A stretch of 55,414 nt of DNA, filler included, from Basidiobolus ranarum (Eukaryota), in the NCBI GenBank assembly GCA_040143965.1. It is 2 parts of 2 records of this genome, joined end to end, with 100 filler letters (N's around TTAATTAATTAA, not from the genome) between each part and the next. Parts side by side here need not be neighbours in the genome. Positions count along the whole stretch, not along the records: positions 1 to 27,757 come from JASJQH010006995.1; positions 27,858 to 55,414 come from JASJQH010006996.1. One strand, given 5' to 3'. Position numbers and translations under genes: made by a program. Positions 25,701 through 36,178 of the stretch are shown here, piece by piece (positions within the stretch are counted from its first letter, which is position 1; every line of letters starts with the position of its first letter). Below the pieces are notes generated by a model. It saw nothing but the letters and a program-made list of their open reading frames with translations. It had not been told where the DNA came from and did no database searches.

Positions 25701-25986
25701 TGATTTAAACCCCATCGCTTTCGAAGCATTAACCGAAGCCAGTCGCCTAGACCCCAACCATGAATTGGTGAAATTATTACAATCGATCATATTTTGGCGT
25801 AGTGGAAATTTGAATCGAGCGATTCGGGTTTTGTCAAGCGTAACTGAGAAATGGATAGAACAGCCTAATCCAAAAGAAACAATCCCCATGTTCTTCAACT
25901 ATTACATGTCACAAATGTATGGAGAAAAAAAGAATCCCGAACTATCCAAGAAGTACATGGAGTTGGAGGAGTCATTGCGTGCTTAG
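19761..25986 (+). CDS. SKI3: Superkiller protein 3 (Ski3/TTC37), multi-exon TPR protein of the SKI complex
   Basis: MTSLKANLKLAKEAITKKDFENAL...DKENYNA start; RAKKCYQKAF, ALRTDVKNYDCWEGLAESYVLEGRYMAGLKAF, QHSFIKA and PWSNLGYLYL TPR motifs typical of Ski3. Confidence 0.92.
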
Positions 25987-26201
25987 GTTCTTAGCAGCAA
26001 AATTTCTATTGGATTCAAATGGAGATTTTAAAGAACCTTTTACGTTCCTTGTCAATTATTTAGTTTATATATAGTTGTACCCAAGAGTTGAACTAGTGTC
26101 CTTTTACATACTATTAAATGAAATTTCGTTACATCTATAAATGGGGGAGAGTTAACTCCAGCTGCAGTAGGCACTTTTCAAAATATATATTAGTTCGTGA
26201 C

Positions 26202-27476
26202 TCATTTGGCATGATGGAAGTTCCATGTATCAAACCACTGTCTATCCTTGACTTCGTCCACTTGCAGAGATCGATGCCCATAGGTGATCGGTGCAAAGTA
26301 GACGAAGACATATAATTGAGCGAAAATAATCATTATACCCACCAGAATCCCTATCACTCGGTATTCAGTGGAGTATTGATGAACAGAAGCAGTTGGCTCA
26401 ACACCACGAACAAAGAGAATTTGAAACAATACAGCGGTGATAAGGTAAGAGAAGATCAGCGCAGGCAAATAGTGATGCAAGTATAGCGAGCGTCCCATCA
26501 AGAAAAATGGAACATAATGCAGTCCCCAGCATAGTAGTAGAAATTGACCAACATGAACGATTCGTACTCGAGTCACTAGCAAAAAAGGTAAGCTTGAATG
26601 GAGGTTCACCTGATGGTAACCAGAAATCAACATACCTGTGGGGAATAAATGGATCCCACGTAAACGTGCATATGCTTCGAACAGTAGAATGCCACCAAGA
26701 GTGAAAACGGAAGCAATGGCTACAATCCACCCAAAGGCATTGGGAACTAAGAAGATCTGTGAACGGGTATCTCGTTTAGACCAGAATGCAATCACCTTGT
26801 GCATGAATGGCCACCATGTTGGTCCCGACATAAATGGATGTTGTTTTGTTAACCTGGAATTCTGGTGAATCATGGCTTTTTGTAGCTCCCAAAACTTATT
26901 GAAGAATCCCAACTTCTTGGGAGTTTGATCTTGAGGATCTTGCGTCACTAAGGGAATAGAAATGTTCACTTTGTAGTCATTGGAGGAAGAATGTGCTACA
27001 TAACTTACGATCTCTATCTACTATGTCCCGGACTACCCATTTGGTGCCGTCCTGGTCGTGTTTACGGTCGCCATTAACCTCTTGGTGTTGCAACCCCCAA
27101 CTCGGAAGGGTTGATTTGAAGGAATGTAAAGCAACGCCGGCCTCGTCGCTTACTAGCCTAAAGTGGGTTGAATTGGTTTTCCAGGTTGAGCCATCAATTT
27201 GGTCCTTGGAAAACTCAATACGAAATATCGTTTTTGGGAGCTTCTGAGTGTCATTCAATTGGGCTGTTGTAAATTCCATATTGGTTGTCGTCAATGGCGA
27301 GGCCACATCATGAGTCATTAACATGGAGTTTGTTGCTTTGTGTTCCAAATGTATATAATCACCATCCTTCACATAGGCAACCTCACTCTCAATATCCTCC
27401 GCATTGCTGAAAGTTGGTGACCTGACCACCCACTGAGAGTCCTCATCTTTGATATTTGAGGCAACTACCTGTTGTC
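26202..27476 (-). CDS. PMT4: Dolichyl-phosphate-mannose:protein O-mannosyltransferase (Pmt4-like), 3' half only (MIR domains and C-terminal TMs)
   Basis: GQQV...W, IHLEHKAT, LMTHDVASP, LPSWGLQHQEVNG, FFNKFWELQKAM and HYVPFFLMGRSLYLHHYLPA. The N-terminal catalytic half is absent from the window. Confidence 0.85.
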
Positions 27477-27537
27477 CTGAGAAATCAATTTAGGTTAAAG
27501 ATAGTTGGTTCAGTGGCTTAGTGGGCATGATGTTTAC

Positions 27538-27757
27538 CTCCAGAACCTCTTTCGCAAGCTTTTGAAGTGATTGATCAAGCTTGAGTACCTCCTTGATAGC
27601 ATCTGGAAGTTGCTGAAGTCCTTCAATGATATCTTGACGTCTTTTAGTCATTGAACTGCGATCTTCACTTAACTGAATTGCCATTATAAGTAATGCAATA
27701 TATTGCGAGGTATAAGCTTTAGTACTGGCTACCCCTATCTCAGGACCAGCGTTAATA
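27538..27757 (-). CDS. GFA1: Glutamine:fructose-6-phosphate amidotransferase, internal SIS-domain fragment (partial at both ends)
   Basis: [61 protein letters not shown] contains the conserved GFAT/Glm[12 protein letters not shown] motif. Confidence 0.9.
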
Positions 27758-27857
27758 NNNNNNNNNNNNNNNNNNNNNNNNNNNNNNNNNNNNNNNNNNN
27801 NTTAATTAATTAANNNNNNNNNNNNNNNNNNNNNNNNNNNNNNNNNNNNNNNNNNNN
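27758..27857. other. Artificial assembly spacer: N44 + TTAATTAATTAA + N44
   Basis: Exactly 100 nt and symmetric; the palindromic 12-mer at 27802-27813 places stop codons in all six frames. Confidence 0.95.
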
Positions 27858-27895
27858 GACCCTCTTCTGCTAATAGATACTTCACTCAACACTGA

Positions 27896-28588
27896 ATGGC
27901 TACCGATGTGGGCTCTGCATATTCCAATTTAGCTCCTTACGATCCATTCACAACCCACTCGCCATCACAAATGATGATGACACCACCTACACCAAACACT
28001 GGCAATACATTCCAAAACCCATCACCTTATATGATGTCGGGAATCTCCGAGAGTAGTAATGCAACTCCAGAAATCTTTTCAAACGGAATGAACTCTGTGT
28101 TGAATTCTCCCACCACGAATGACGTAGGATCTCAAGGTCAGCAATCACAGGCGGCATTGCCTAGAATGAACCAACTTCCTGTCGGACTTAACATTCATAA
28201 TGTACAGTCCGAAGCCGACGATGCTTGGTCAAGATCACGCAACAATTCTGCTGCTAGCGTAGGATCATACCATTCCGGTAATGCGTATAATTCTGAGGAA
28301 AACAACGGCTATCACCATCCTGTATCGATATCTAATTCTGCCTTCAACAACTACGACAATGGCGAGAACAAGTCACAAATGGGTTCCATGAATCAAGATC
28401 GATTTGGTGGTCACGACACTATGAACAACCAAAACATCAATGGCGCATATCATCCACAAGACTACTCGAATAATCTCCAGTGGCAAGGTCATCATTCCAA
28501 TGGGTACACACATGAGTCTGAACGCCAAATTCCCTCACATCCCATGCAACCTCATTACTCTTACAACACGCCACATCAAGCGAAGTAA
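27896..28588 (+). CDS. Low-complexity S/N/Q/P/H-rich ORF (230 aa); probably the disordered C-terminal part of a regulator cut by the gap
   Basis: Long open frame with coding-like composition, followed by a pyrimidine-rich 3'-UTR-like tract and AATAAA near 28933; no recognisable domain. Confidence 0.55.
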   Translation: MATDVGSAYSNLAPYDPFTTHSPSQMMMTPPTPNTGNTFQNPSPYMMSGISESSNATPEIFSNGMNSVLNSPTTNDVGSQGQQSQAALPRMNQLPVGLNIHNVQSEADDAWSRSRNNSAASVGSYHSGNAYNSEENNGYHHPVSISNSAFNNYDNGENKSQMGSMNQDRFGGHDTMNNQNINGAYHPQDYSNNLQWQGHHSNGYTHESERQIPSHPMQPHYSYNTPHQAK

Positions 28589-31272
28589 ACTAAGCTTATA
28601 ATCCTGTCATATTCTTTCGCGTTTATAATTCTTTTTGGAATACTTTGTACATGATCAATCCTGCATTATTATTGGTACCTTCTCAAACCCACCTCACTGC
28701 TTTACGCATTTTACTTTACCCAACATTTATTTTCTCTTCATCGTAGATTGACTTCATTCTTACTACGTCTTTCAAAGTCATTCTGTACACTTTTTTGGTC
28801 TAAACATCCAGTTGGTAAGGAGTGGAGTCTATATTTTTAATCTAATGAATCTAACCACTGGGAGCAAGCCAAAAAGAAAAAACGTTTTCCTTCACGTTTT
28901 GGAGTAGTCGTAATCCTAATACTTTTTCAAGAAATAAAACCAATTTTGTACAAAAACTGCGTTGAATGTTGATTCTTTATTCGTGACCATCTCAGTCTAC
29001 AAATCAGGGATAATCGTTCAACACGAAGGTAGGATTGGTCGCCGGCAGTTAAAATTTCCGGTCAAATAAATCAAGACTAATAACACCCTTGATGGTAAGA
29101 TGAGTGTGATTGCAGGCTACTTGCTGCAAATAGGGCTCCTCTAACCAGATCTTTAAGGAGACATGATGACTCTACATGCTCTAGGAAAATAGTATGAGTT
29201 GCTAGATTTGATTAAAATTGAATGTTTTATGGATAAATTACACCAATTAATCTAACAGCAAGTGAAACGGTCCTCTAATTGCCTAGAGAGAAACAAAATA
29301 GAAATGGCGATAACGCAGCCAAGCATTGCTCCTCACCTTCTGGGTCCAGTGGCAACCAAATGGGACCTCTTTTCCCTAGCAAATAAGGGTTTCATATATC
29401 AGGAATAGAATTCATTTAATGGAAATCCATTAAGGAGTTGCCATATTGAACAGGGGCTATTGGAGGTTGAATATGTTGGATCTCCCGAAATGACCAAGTC
29501 CACGATATTCCTATAGACCCTCTCATTTCCATCAGCAATTTGGATGTGGATTGGCTTAGAGCGACTCATAGCTATTTGATCCAATTATCGCTCGCAGAAC
29601 TTAGGAAGGTTCCTTGACTTATTTTGGTCAGATGTGGCCCACATTAGGTAAATTATAAGCCTATATGTATTCTACCTGCTGACTCACCAGTTACCATGGG
29701 TGATGAAATCGGAGGGTAGGTTGGTTCTATCTTATGATCGAGTAGATGATGGCCGTTTGAAATCCACCCGAATCTACTGGTAAGGTTGTATTTATCTCAC
29801 TAATCGTTCAGTCGAGACACCTGTGGTCGTAGGAGTATATGACACCTGGAGGCTGTGTAGGAGTCATAGACGAAACCGGGGAATCATATTTCATTGACCA
29901 ATTGCATCTAGATGTAGCCTTCAGCGAAGAGATACTTTCTACGCTCATGTGTTAGCTCAGTGGATTTTGTCTGGACGCCCAATCGGTTCTGGCTGAGAGA
30001 CGTGATATCCTAAACTCTGCAGATCATTGTACGTGGCAATGTGAATGATTTGGGTGGAGTCCGAGTAGCAAAAGCTGCCTTTTCTTTACGTATGTCTGTC
30101 TGCATCTTTCAGGATGATGATACAGATGGTGTCACTCCAGTCGTCTTAGCTTGCTAGGCACAAAAATCAAGTAAAATATCCGATTGCTGCCTTCGTATCC
30201 CCATATAGCTTCCACTGTTGTTTCCTTCGAACATGATGTAGCAAATTCCCAAGTACTATCATCGACCCCAATATGATTTCAGGCATTAGAATGCAAAACG
30301 CAGCATCTGACGCCTAATGAAGCATAGCCAGCAATATGTGACCCTGCTCCCCAATTTAGTAATCTTATTAGGTCTAATTGCCGATGGAATATTTCATTTC
30401 ATAGGGTTTGTAAACTCAAAGAAAACCTTAATTTCACTCAACCCTGAGCCCCGATTAGAGTGCTGTAGAAAGCGGAACGAATGGGTCAATTTGAGAGTTG
30501 ACATTCATGCTCGAATGCTGCTAATGGATGAAAGGAGCTAATCGTCAACTCATAGCGCCTGAAATGGGGTCAATCGATTCACCAAATCTGACATCGACGA
30601 TATTTTTAGTCCGCTTGAACCGTGGGATGGAGGTGAAGATGAAACAAATCACAAGCCAGATCTCATATTTAGAAGGTAAAGACGCATTTACAATGAAACT
30701 TTGGATTAGATAAAACTGGTTTTGGGGTAAATTGAATGCGACATTTGCTTACGCCGTATTGCTTCTTGGTAGGCATTACCCTCATCTGATCACACCTTGT
30801 ACAGTTTATTCACCGCATATCACAATATTGTTTCAAAAGATGTCAATAAGTCACCGCTTAATGGGGAGTTAATGCGGTCAATAGCTAGGCTCGATGCCGG
30901 ATACTCTCGCCAGCTGAGATCACCTGAGCTCTTCTGAAGTCTACTGGTGCCGCTTGAATCGGCTATTTATCTACCAGTGCTCTATAGAATGAGCATTTAG
31001 ATCTACGATTTTGTAATCGATGATATTGTACTAGTATAGCATTGCCATATTAGTACTTGATTGCTATAGATTAGTGGAAAGCGTAAGTCATGGTTGCAAC
31101 ATGTTTCGGTAATTAAGAACTACATGTGAGACATAGCGAATCCAAGCCGTCTTATCGCTCAAGTTGGCAACCAACTAATAAGCTATCACTTAAATGAAGA
31201 GCATGTTTGTTAATCAAGTGAAGAACGATGCAAACCTCATCACGGCCTCATAGAGGAAGTGCCGAATCAAGG

Positions 31273-33125
31273 CTAGGAACAGGAAACCACTCTATATCCA
31301 CACCAATCATGTTCATCCTCTATTATCTTTGGAAAGTGCCATATTCCAGAGCCACCTTCCGTAGTATCAGGTGCCGAGCGATAATAATGCTTGGGAATCA
31401 GTTTGGTGATTGCTATCATCAAGGTTGCGCTCTTTCGAGACAAATAGCCTAGCATGTCGTAAAACACTGTTCCAAATCTACACCCAGATAGGATGATGGA
31501 GGCCTGTTGACAATATCATATGCATGATCACTAATGGCTTATGGTTATGAGGGCGTATGGCAACACCATGCTGTTGGGTAACCCTTGGCTGTTGAACCAA
31601 ATCCCCACCCCGGGGACTATTCTGCCTAGACCTGAAGCGACCACACAATCGTCAGTGATTGTGTGACTTTGTGCATTGCTCACAACAGATAAAATGAAAA
31701 TCACGAATGCTGTTGTGCCCATCACTCAAGGACGCTAATAAAATTTGAGCACCTTGCCTAACTTCGGACATACGGAATTCTGTGGTAATGGATTTGTCCT
31801 CCACTCCATGGAAGTAAACGAAGGAAAAGATAAAGTTTGGATCTGATTTTCCAAAATGGTGTGCCATAGTAAATAAGCGTGTAACGTTCACTTTGGAATC
31901 AAATGCGTTTTATTGAGAGTAATGGGGTAGATGAATTAGATTCATTCACCAAAAGCCTGTGCTTGATCTGATCGTGGTGATATAGATGAAGTAAGCCTAT
32001 CAATTGTCAGTGTTCAAATTATCTATCAGAGCATAACAACCCCGAATGGACTAAAACAGCTCTCTCATGGTAGTACAGACATAATGAAATCAAACTGTTC
32101 ACTCCAACATCATTGGTAATGTTCCATTGTTGCTTGAGGGTAAAGTTTCTAATTAGGAAATCAGGTAACAACTAGTGGGTAATGAGTATCTAGCTCGTAT
32201 GGTGAGCACCTTTCGGATTTTCTGCGAAACGGTGTACATCGAAGTTATCCCTTCCGGAGCATGAGACACTCCCTTTTCAATGTTTACAGAGGCCATGGTA
32301 AATGGATCTTCGTCTGGTGGCGGGGTCTTCTGGCATGGAACTTTCATTCAGTCTGTCTTTTGGGTTCAAAGCATTCGCTGAGAATATGATTGATACCGCA
32401 GACACAATTCTGATCCAAAATCTTCACGCAATCCTTATTTTGCGAAAACTAAGTCTCTTAGCTGCAGTGCAGTTGTTACTATCATCGCATTTACACGCGC
32501 TCAAACCAAAATAATTCTCTGTGGTATGTCGTTCTGGACCCTTCGAGCTTATTATTGGATAGGGTGACTATTATTTCGTGTAACTCAGGTTCCCCAACAA
32601 ACGGCCTATAGTTACACTTGGTATGGGCTTGTATTTCTGCAAGATCGACAACAGAATATAGACAACTCGTAGTACGAAGTGATAGAGTGGTTACAATCAT
32701 CTGATGATTGCTAAAGAAGGAAACCAGTAATGCTCTAACTCGACCCATTGATCTCGTAGTGTATACTTGACTTATGAGAGAATGGCCGTCGTATACTCCA
32801 GGCATATCCGTTAATAGAAGAGGTGGGGTTACCTGGGAACATCTCAATGCAACGTAATGTGGACATCGTCACCCACTGCATGCTATACTCCACCCATTCA
32901 GACACTAGGTAGTCTGTGGATTCTGGTGTCAGCCGAGTAGCAGATTCACAATAAATCACCACCCTCTGCATGCAAGTGGATAATCCATGGTGATGAAATA
33001 ACTTTCCATTGGGCAATATGATTTTCTCAGTCCTACCAAGATTGTCGTTAGCACAACTTAAGCTTGAAAGGATTAACAAAGTAAGGGCAATGCACGCCTT
33101 TGTTGATCTATACAACACAGATCAT
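31273..33125 (-). pseudogene. Possible decayed gene for a secreted or membrane protein
   Basis: Same-strand ORF fragments: signal-peptide-like KACIALTLLILSSLSCA, Cys-rich LSACKCDDSNNCTA and KDCVKILDQNCVCG, and hydrophobic TTAFVIFILSVV, interrupted by stops and frameshifts. Confidence 0.25.
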
Positions 33126-34498
33126 GGAGCTGAATTTCTAGCCACTGCGAATTCTTTAACAGTAACTAACAGCTCTAAACCTGTATTGAAAGTACATGAT
33201 GTAATCAGTAGACGGTTCATGCATCAAAAAGTGTTGGCCAAAGTACATGTGCATTGTTTAGAACAAGTTTGAGAATCAACCAATGCTGAATATTTAGCAA
33301 CGTCTGTACATCCAGAAATATTATAGTTCTCTCTGTAGTAAAAGATGAGCCACCTCCAACCTTAGCGTTCAAGCATTCAACGCCGTATGTACTGTGGTCT
33401 TAATTTTAAAATGAGCATTTGGAAATCCGCAAATTTGCGGTGCTTGGGCATTGTGGAACTTATTAGCGTAATCTCATTAAACCTAAAAGGTCAGATCAAT
33501 TACAAGATCGTTCCACCATGCTGACACAACACTATGGGTTACAAGATTGATGCTGAAGCATTAAAACTGTTAACAGCATAGGGTAGGGGCAGAGTTGTTC
33601 CGTGAGTTTAACCGCTTCACGGATTGCCCAATCAAGCGGCCATGCTCTCATTTCCATCTAGTGGGTGGTAAAACATTCTGTATTACTGTGAAAATAAGAT
33701 GGGATCAGCAGCCATTTTTGATTGCATTTATCAAACATACAGGCGGTAATAAAGCGACCTCCAATGGCTTCAATATCGAATAATATTAAGCATTTCAGAC
33801 CCATTTAGCGCATCATTGATTGCATGATACACCTAATTCAACCACTCTTTGTGATTGACACCCAATTTCGCTGTAAGATGAGATAATCTGGTTAGATGGT
33901 ATTACGTTGAGGGACTATCTGGGGATTGAAAAGGTAGGAAGAATGAACACTTGGCAATATCCATCAGGTGGCAAATGAACCTCATGTTGAATCCACGCAA
34001 GTCTATAGAACGATCCTGGTGCTCCCTCCCTAGTCGAGATGAAGAATGAAACAACAATGGCTGAAATACATGTAATGACTAGTTATCAATCTAATAGCAC
34101 TTGAGATTGAAATTCCATTCATTGTGGATTTGCTAAACAGGTGTGTAACTAATCTAATATGAGCATGTGGCGCTATTGCACTCTGGCCAATGTAACTAAA
34201 TAAAGCATTTGTGTCCATTATCTCCAAGCACCTTTGATGATAACTAGGTTATTTGTGAGAATTAGGTAGCACTTTATACTCTGAGAAGTTGAGGATAGTT
34301 AGATAGTTATACTCGCACTAATAATATATCAGGAAACCTCTAGAGCATTAATAGCAGATAATGATGCTCTATTTATCTTATTTAGGGAGAGTCTCTGGAA
34401 AGGACTTCAGAGTGAGAGGGGGTTTACTTGAACCTTGATTATTTGGACCCTTCGAATTTTTTTGTCAGAAGCTATGTGTGGTATTTTCAAGTTGCTAT

Positions 34499-34827
34499 TG
34501 TTGAAATTAGCATTGCCTAATCACCTATATAGTCATAAATAGCTTGGTATTTAGTTATCCTATATTGAACTAAGATATTACCCATTATTCGATATCGGAA
34601 TTTACTTAGATGTTTGAAGATATATAGATTTTGATAACTTGTGCTAGAAGCCCCAAACCTTACACACATGTTCCTGGGACCTTCCTTAATACACTCTACA
34701 CGTTAGTTTGTTTACATCTTGACAAAACTATAAATGTTGACTTTCAACTCAATAAATCAATTAGTGAAGACCACCGATTTCTCTAATTCTCTAAACCACT
34801 TCCAACAGGCTCCCAAATACTTTAACA
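34499..34827 (+). mobile_element. Solo LTR (329 bp) with intact 5-bp TSD GCTAT
   Basis: Starts TGTTGAAA and ends TTTAACA (TG...CA, imperfect inverted termini). GCTAT lies at 34494-34498 and 34828-34832. Internal TATAAA near 34729 and AATAAA at 34751. Multiple homologous copies occur in the window. Confidence 0.85.
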
Positions 34828-35133
34828 GCTATTGGAGTTACAAATATATCCAAATTATGGCCCAGTTAATGAATACTAATCGGTTGTTGGCAAGTGCAGA
34901 GATTGACAGAAATCAAGCATTGTTGTAAGACCTTATAGGATATAATATACACATAGCTCCGAGAGAGTGTTCAGATGAAATCAGACTGATGCCGAATAGA
35001 TATACTCAAAATTTGTATGCATTCTTCACACTATGCATAATTATGAGTAGAGATTCTAGAATATTCTTCTAGATCATATCAGTGTCTCAGAAATATGAAA
35101 ACCTATGTTGATGTATTTTGAGAGTTTGTGGAA

Positions 35134-35289
35134 GAACACATGTGTAAAGTTTGGGGCCTCTGGGACAAGTATGAAAAACATATATTTCTTCAAACTTCCA
35201 AGTAGATTCCTCTTGAAAATAGTAGGTGATATCTTAGTGAAGTATGGAATAGGTAAATATTAGACTATATATGATTATATTGATGTTTA
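35134..35289 (-). mobile_element. Diverged fragment of the same LTR family (5' half), truncated by the next copy
   Basis: Reverse-complement match to the LTR segments CCCCAAAC.TT.CACACATG, CTAAGATAT.ACC and TATA.TCATATA. Confidence 0.7.
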
Positions 35290-36003
35290 TGTTAAAGTAT
35301 CTAGGGAGTTTGTTGGAAGTGGTTCAGAGAACTAGAAGTATTAGTGAATTCTATTGTTGATTTATTGAGTAGAAAGTTGGCATTTATAGTTCTGTAAGGA
35401 AGTAAGCAAAAGCCTATAGAATGTATTAAGAAAGGTCTCAAAAATGTGTGTACCAAGTTTGGGACTTCTAGCACAAGTTTGAAGAAATCTATATATCTGA
35501 GAACTTCCAAGTTGGTAAGAATATTCTGGTGAAGTTAGCAGTGCCTAAACACCTGTACTGACTAAAGCATGCTAGAAATAGCTAAGTGCAAGATCTTAGT
35601 GTTGAAATTACCATTGTCTAAACACCTATATAGTCATATATAGCTTAGTACTTAGTTATCGCATATTGAACTAAGATATTACCCATTATTGTCATGAGAA
35701 ATTTACTTAGAAGTTCTCAGATATATAGATTTTTTCAAACTTATGCTAGAAGCCCCAAACTTTGCACACATGTTTCTGGGACCTTCCTCAACACATTCTG
35801 CACATTAGTTTGTTTATATCTTGACGAAACGATAAATGTCAACTGAATACTCAATAAATCAATTAGTGAAAACCGCCAACTCCTGCATTTCTCCAAACCA
35901 CTTCTATTAGGCTCCCAAATACTTTATCATATTCCAAGTCAATTCCGATTGAGAATAGTAGGTGATATCTTAGCTAAATATGAAATAACTAAATACTAAG
36001 CTA
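35290..36003 (-). mobile_element. Reverse-orientation LTR copy split by an insertion (35290-35526 plus 35930-~36003)
   Basis: Begins TGTTAAAGTAT, the reverse complement of the LTR 3' end. The two halves join into the continuous sequence seen in the uninterrupted copy at 54828-55100 (GTTGGTAA.AATATTC|..AGT.AATTCC.ATT.AGAATA). Confidence 0.75.
35527..35929 (+). mobile_element. Composite insertion: truncated LTR start (35527-35599) plus full LTR (35600-35929), flanked by TSD TATTC
   Basis: TATTC at 35522-35526 and 35930-35934; 35600-35929 is collinear with 34499-34827 from TGTTGAAATTA to TACTTTATCA. Confidence 0.8.
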
Positions 36004-36019
36004 CAGAAACTAAGGTGCA

Positions 36020-36178
36020 GAGTACAAGGTTTGGGGTCTTTTGGACAAGTTAGAGAACTTTCAAGTTGGTCTCAATATTGAGCATATATTCCTCATCAGA
36101 AATCTCAAAATAACATAGTGAAATTTAGATAGCTAACTATATGACTATATAGATGCTTAAGCTATGTCATTTTCAAAA
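36020..36178 (-). mobile_element. Degenerate, internally deleted LTR fragment
   Basis: AAGGTTTGGGG...ACAAGTT...GAGAACTT and TATGACTATATAG.TG.TTA match the reverse LTR. Confidence 0.5.

Noticed and set aside
27802..27813. Palindrome TTAATTAATTAA as a biological site
   Set aside because: Synthetic spacer inside the N-run.
34734..35510. Similar short ORFs (...SLNHFQQAPKYF, FFKLVLE.P...), also at 54688-55174, suggesting a small protein family
   Set aside because: They are translations of the non-coding LTR repeat copies.
34499..36178. CRISPR-like or tandem array interpretation of the repeats
   Set aside because: Units are ~330 bp, in both orientations, with TG...CA ends and TSDs; no repeat-spacer periodicity; eukaryotic context.
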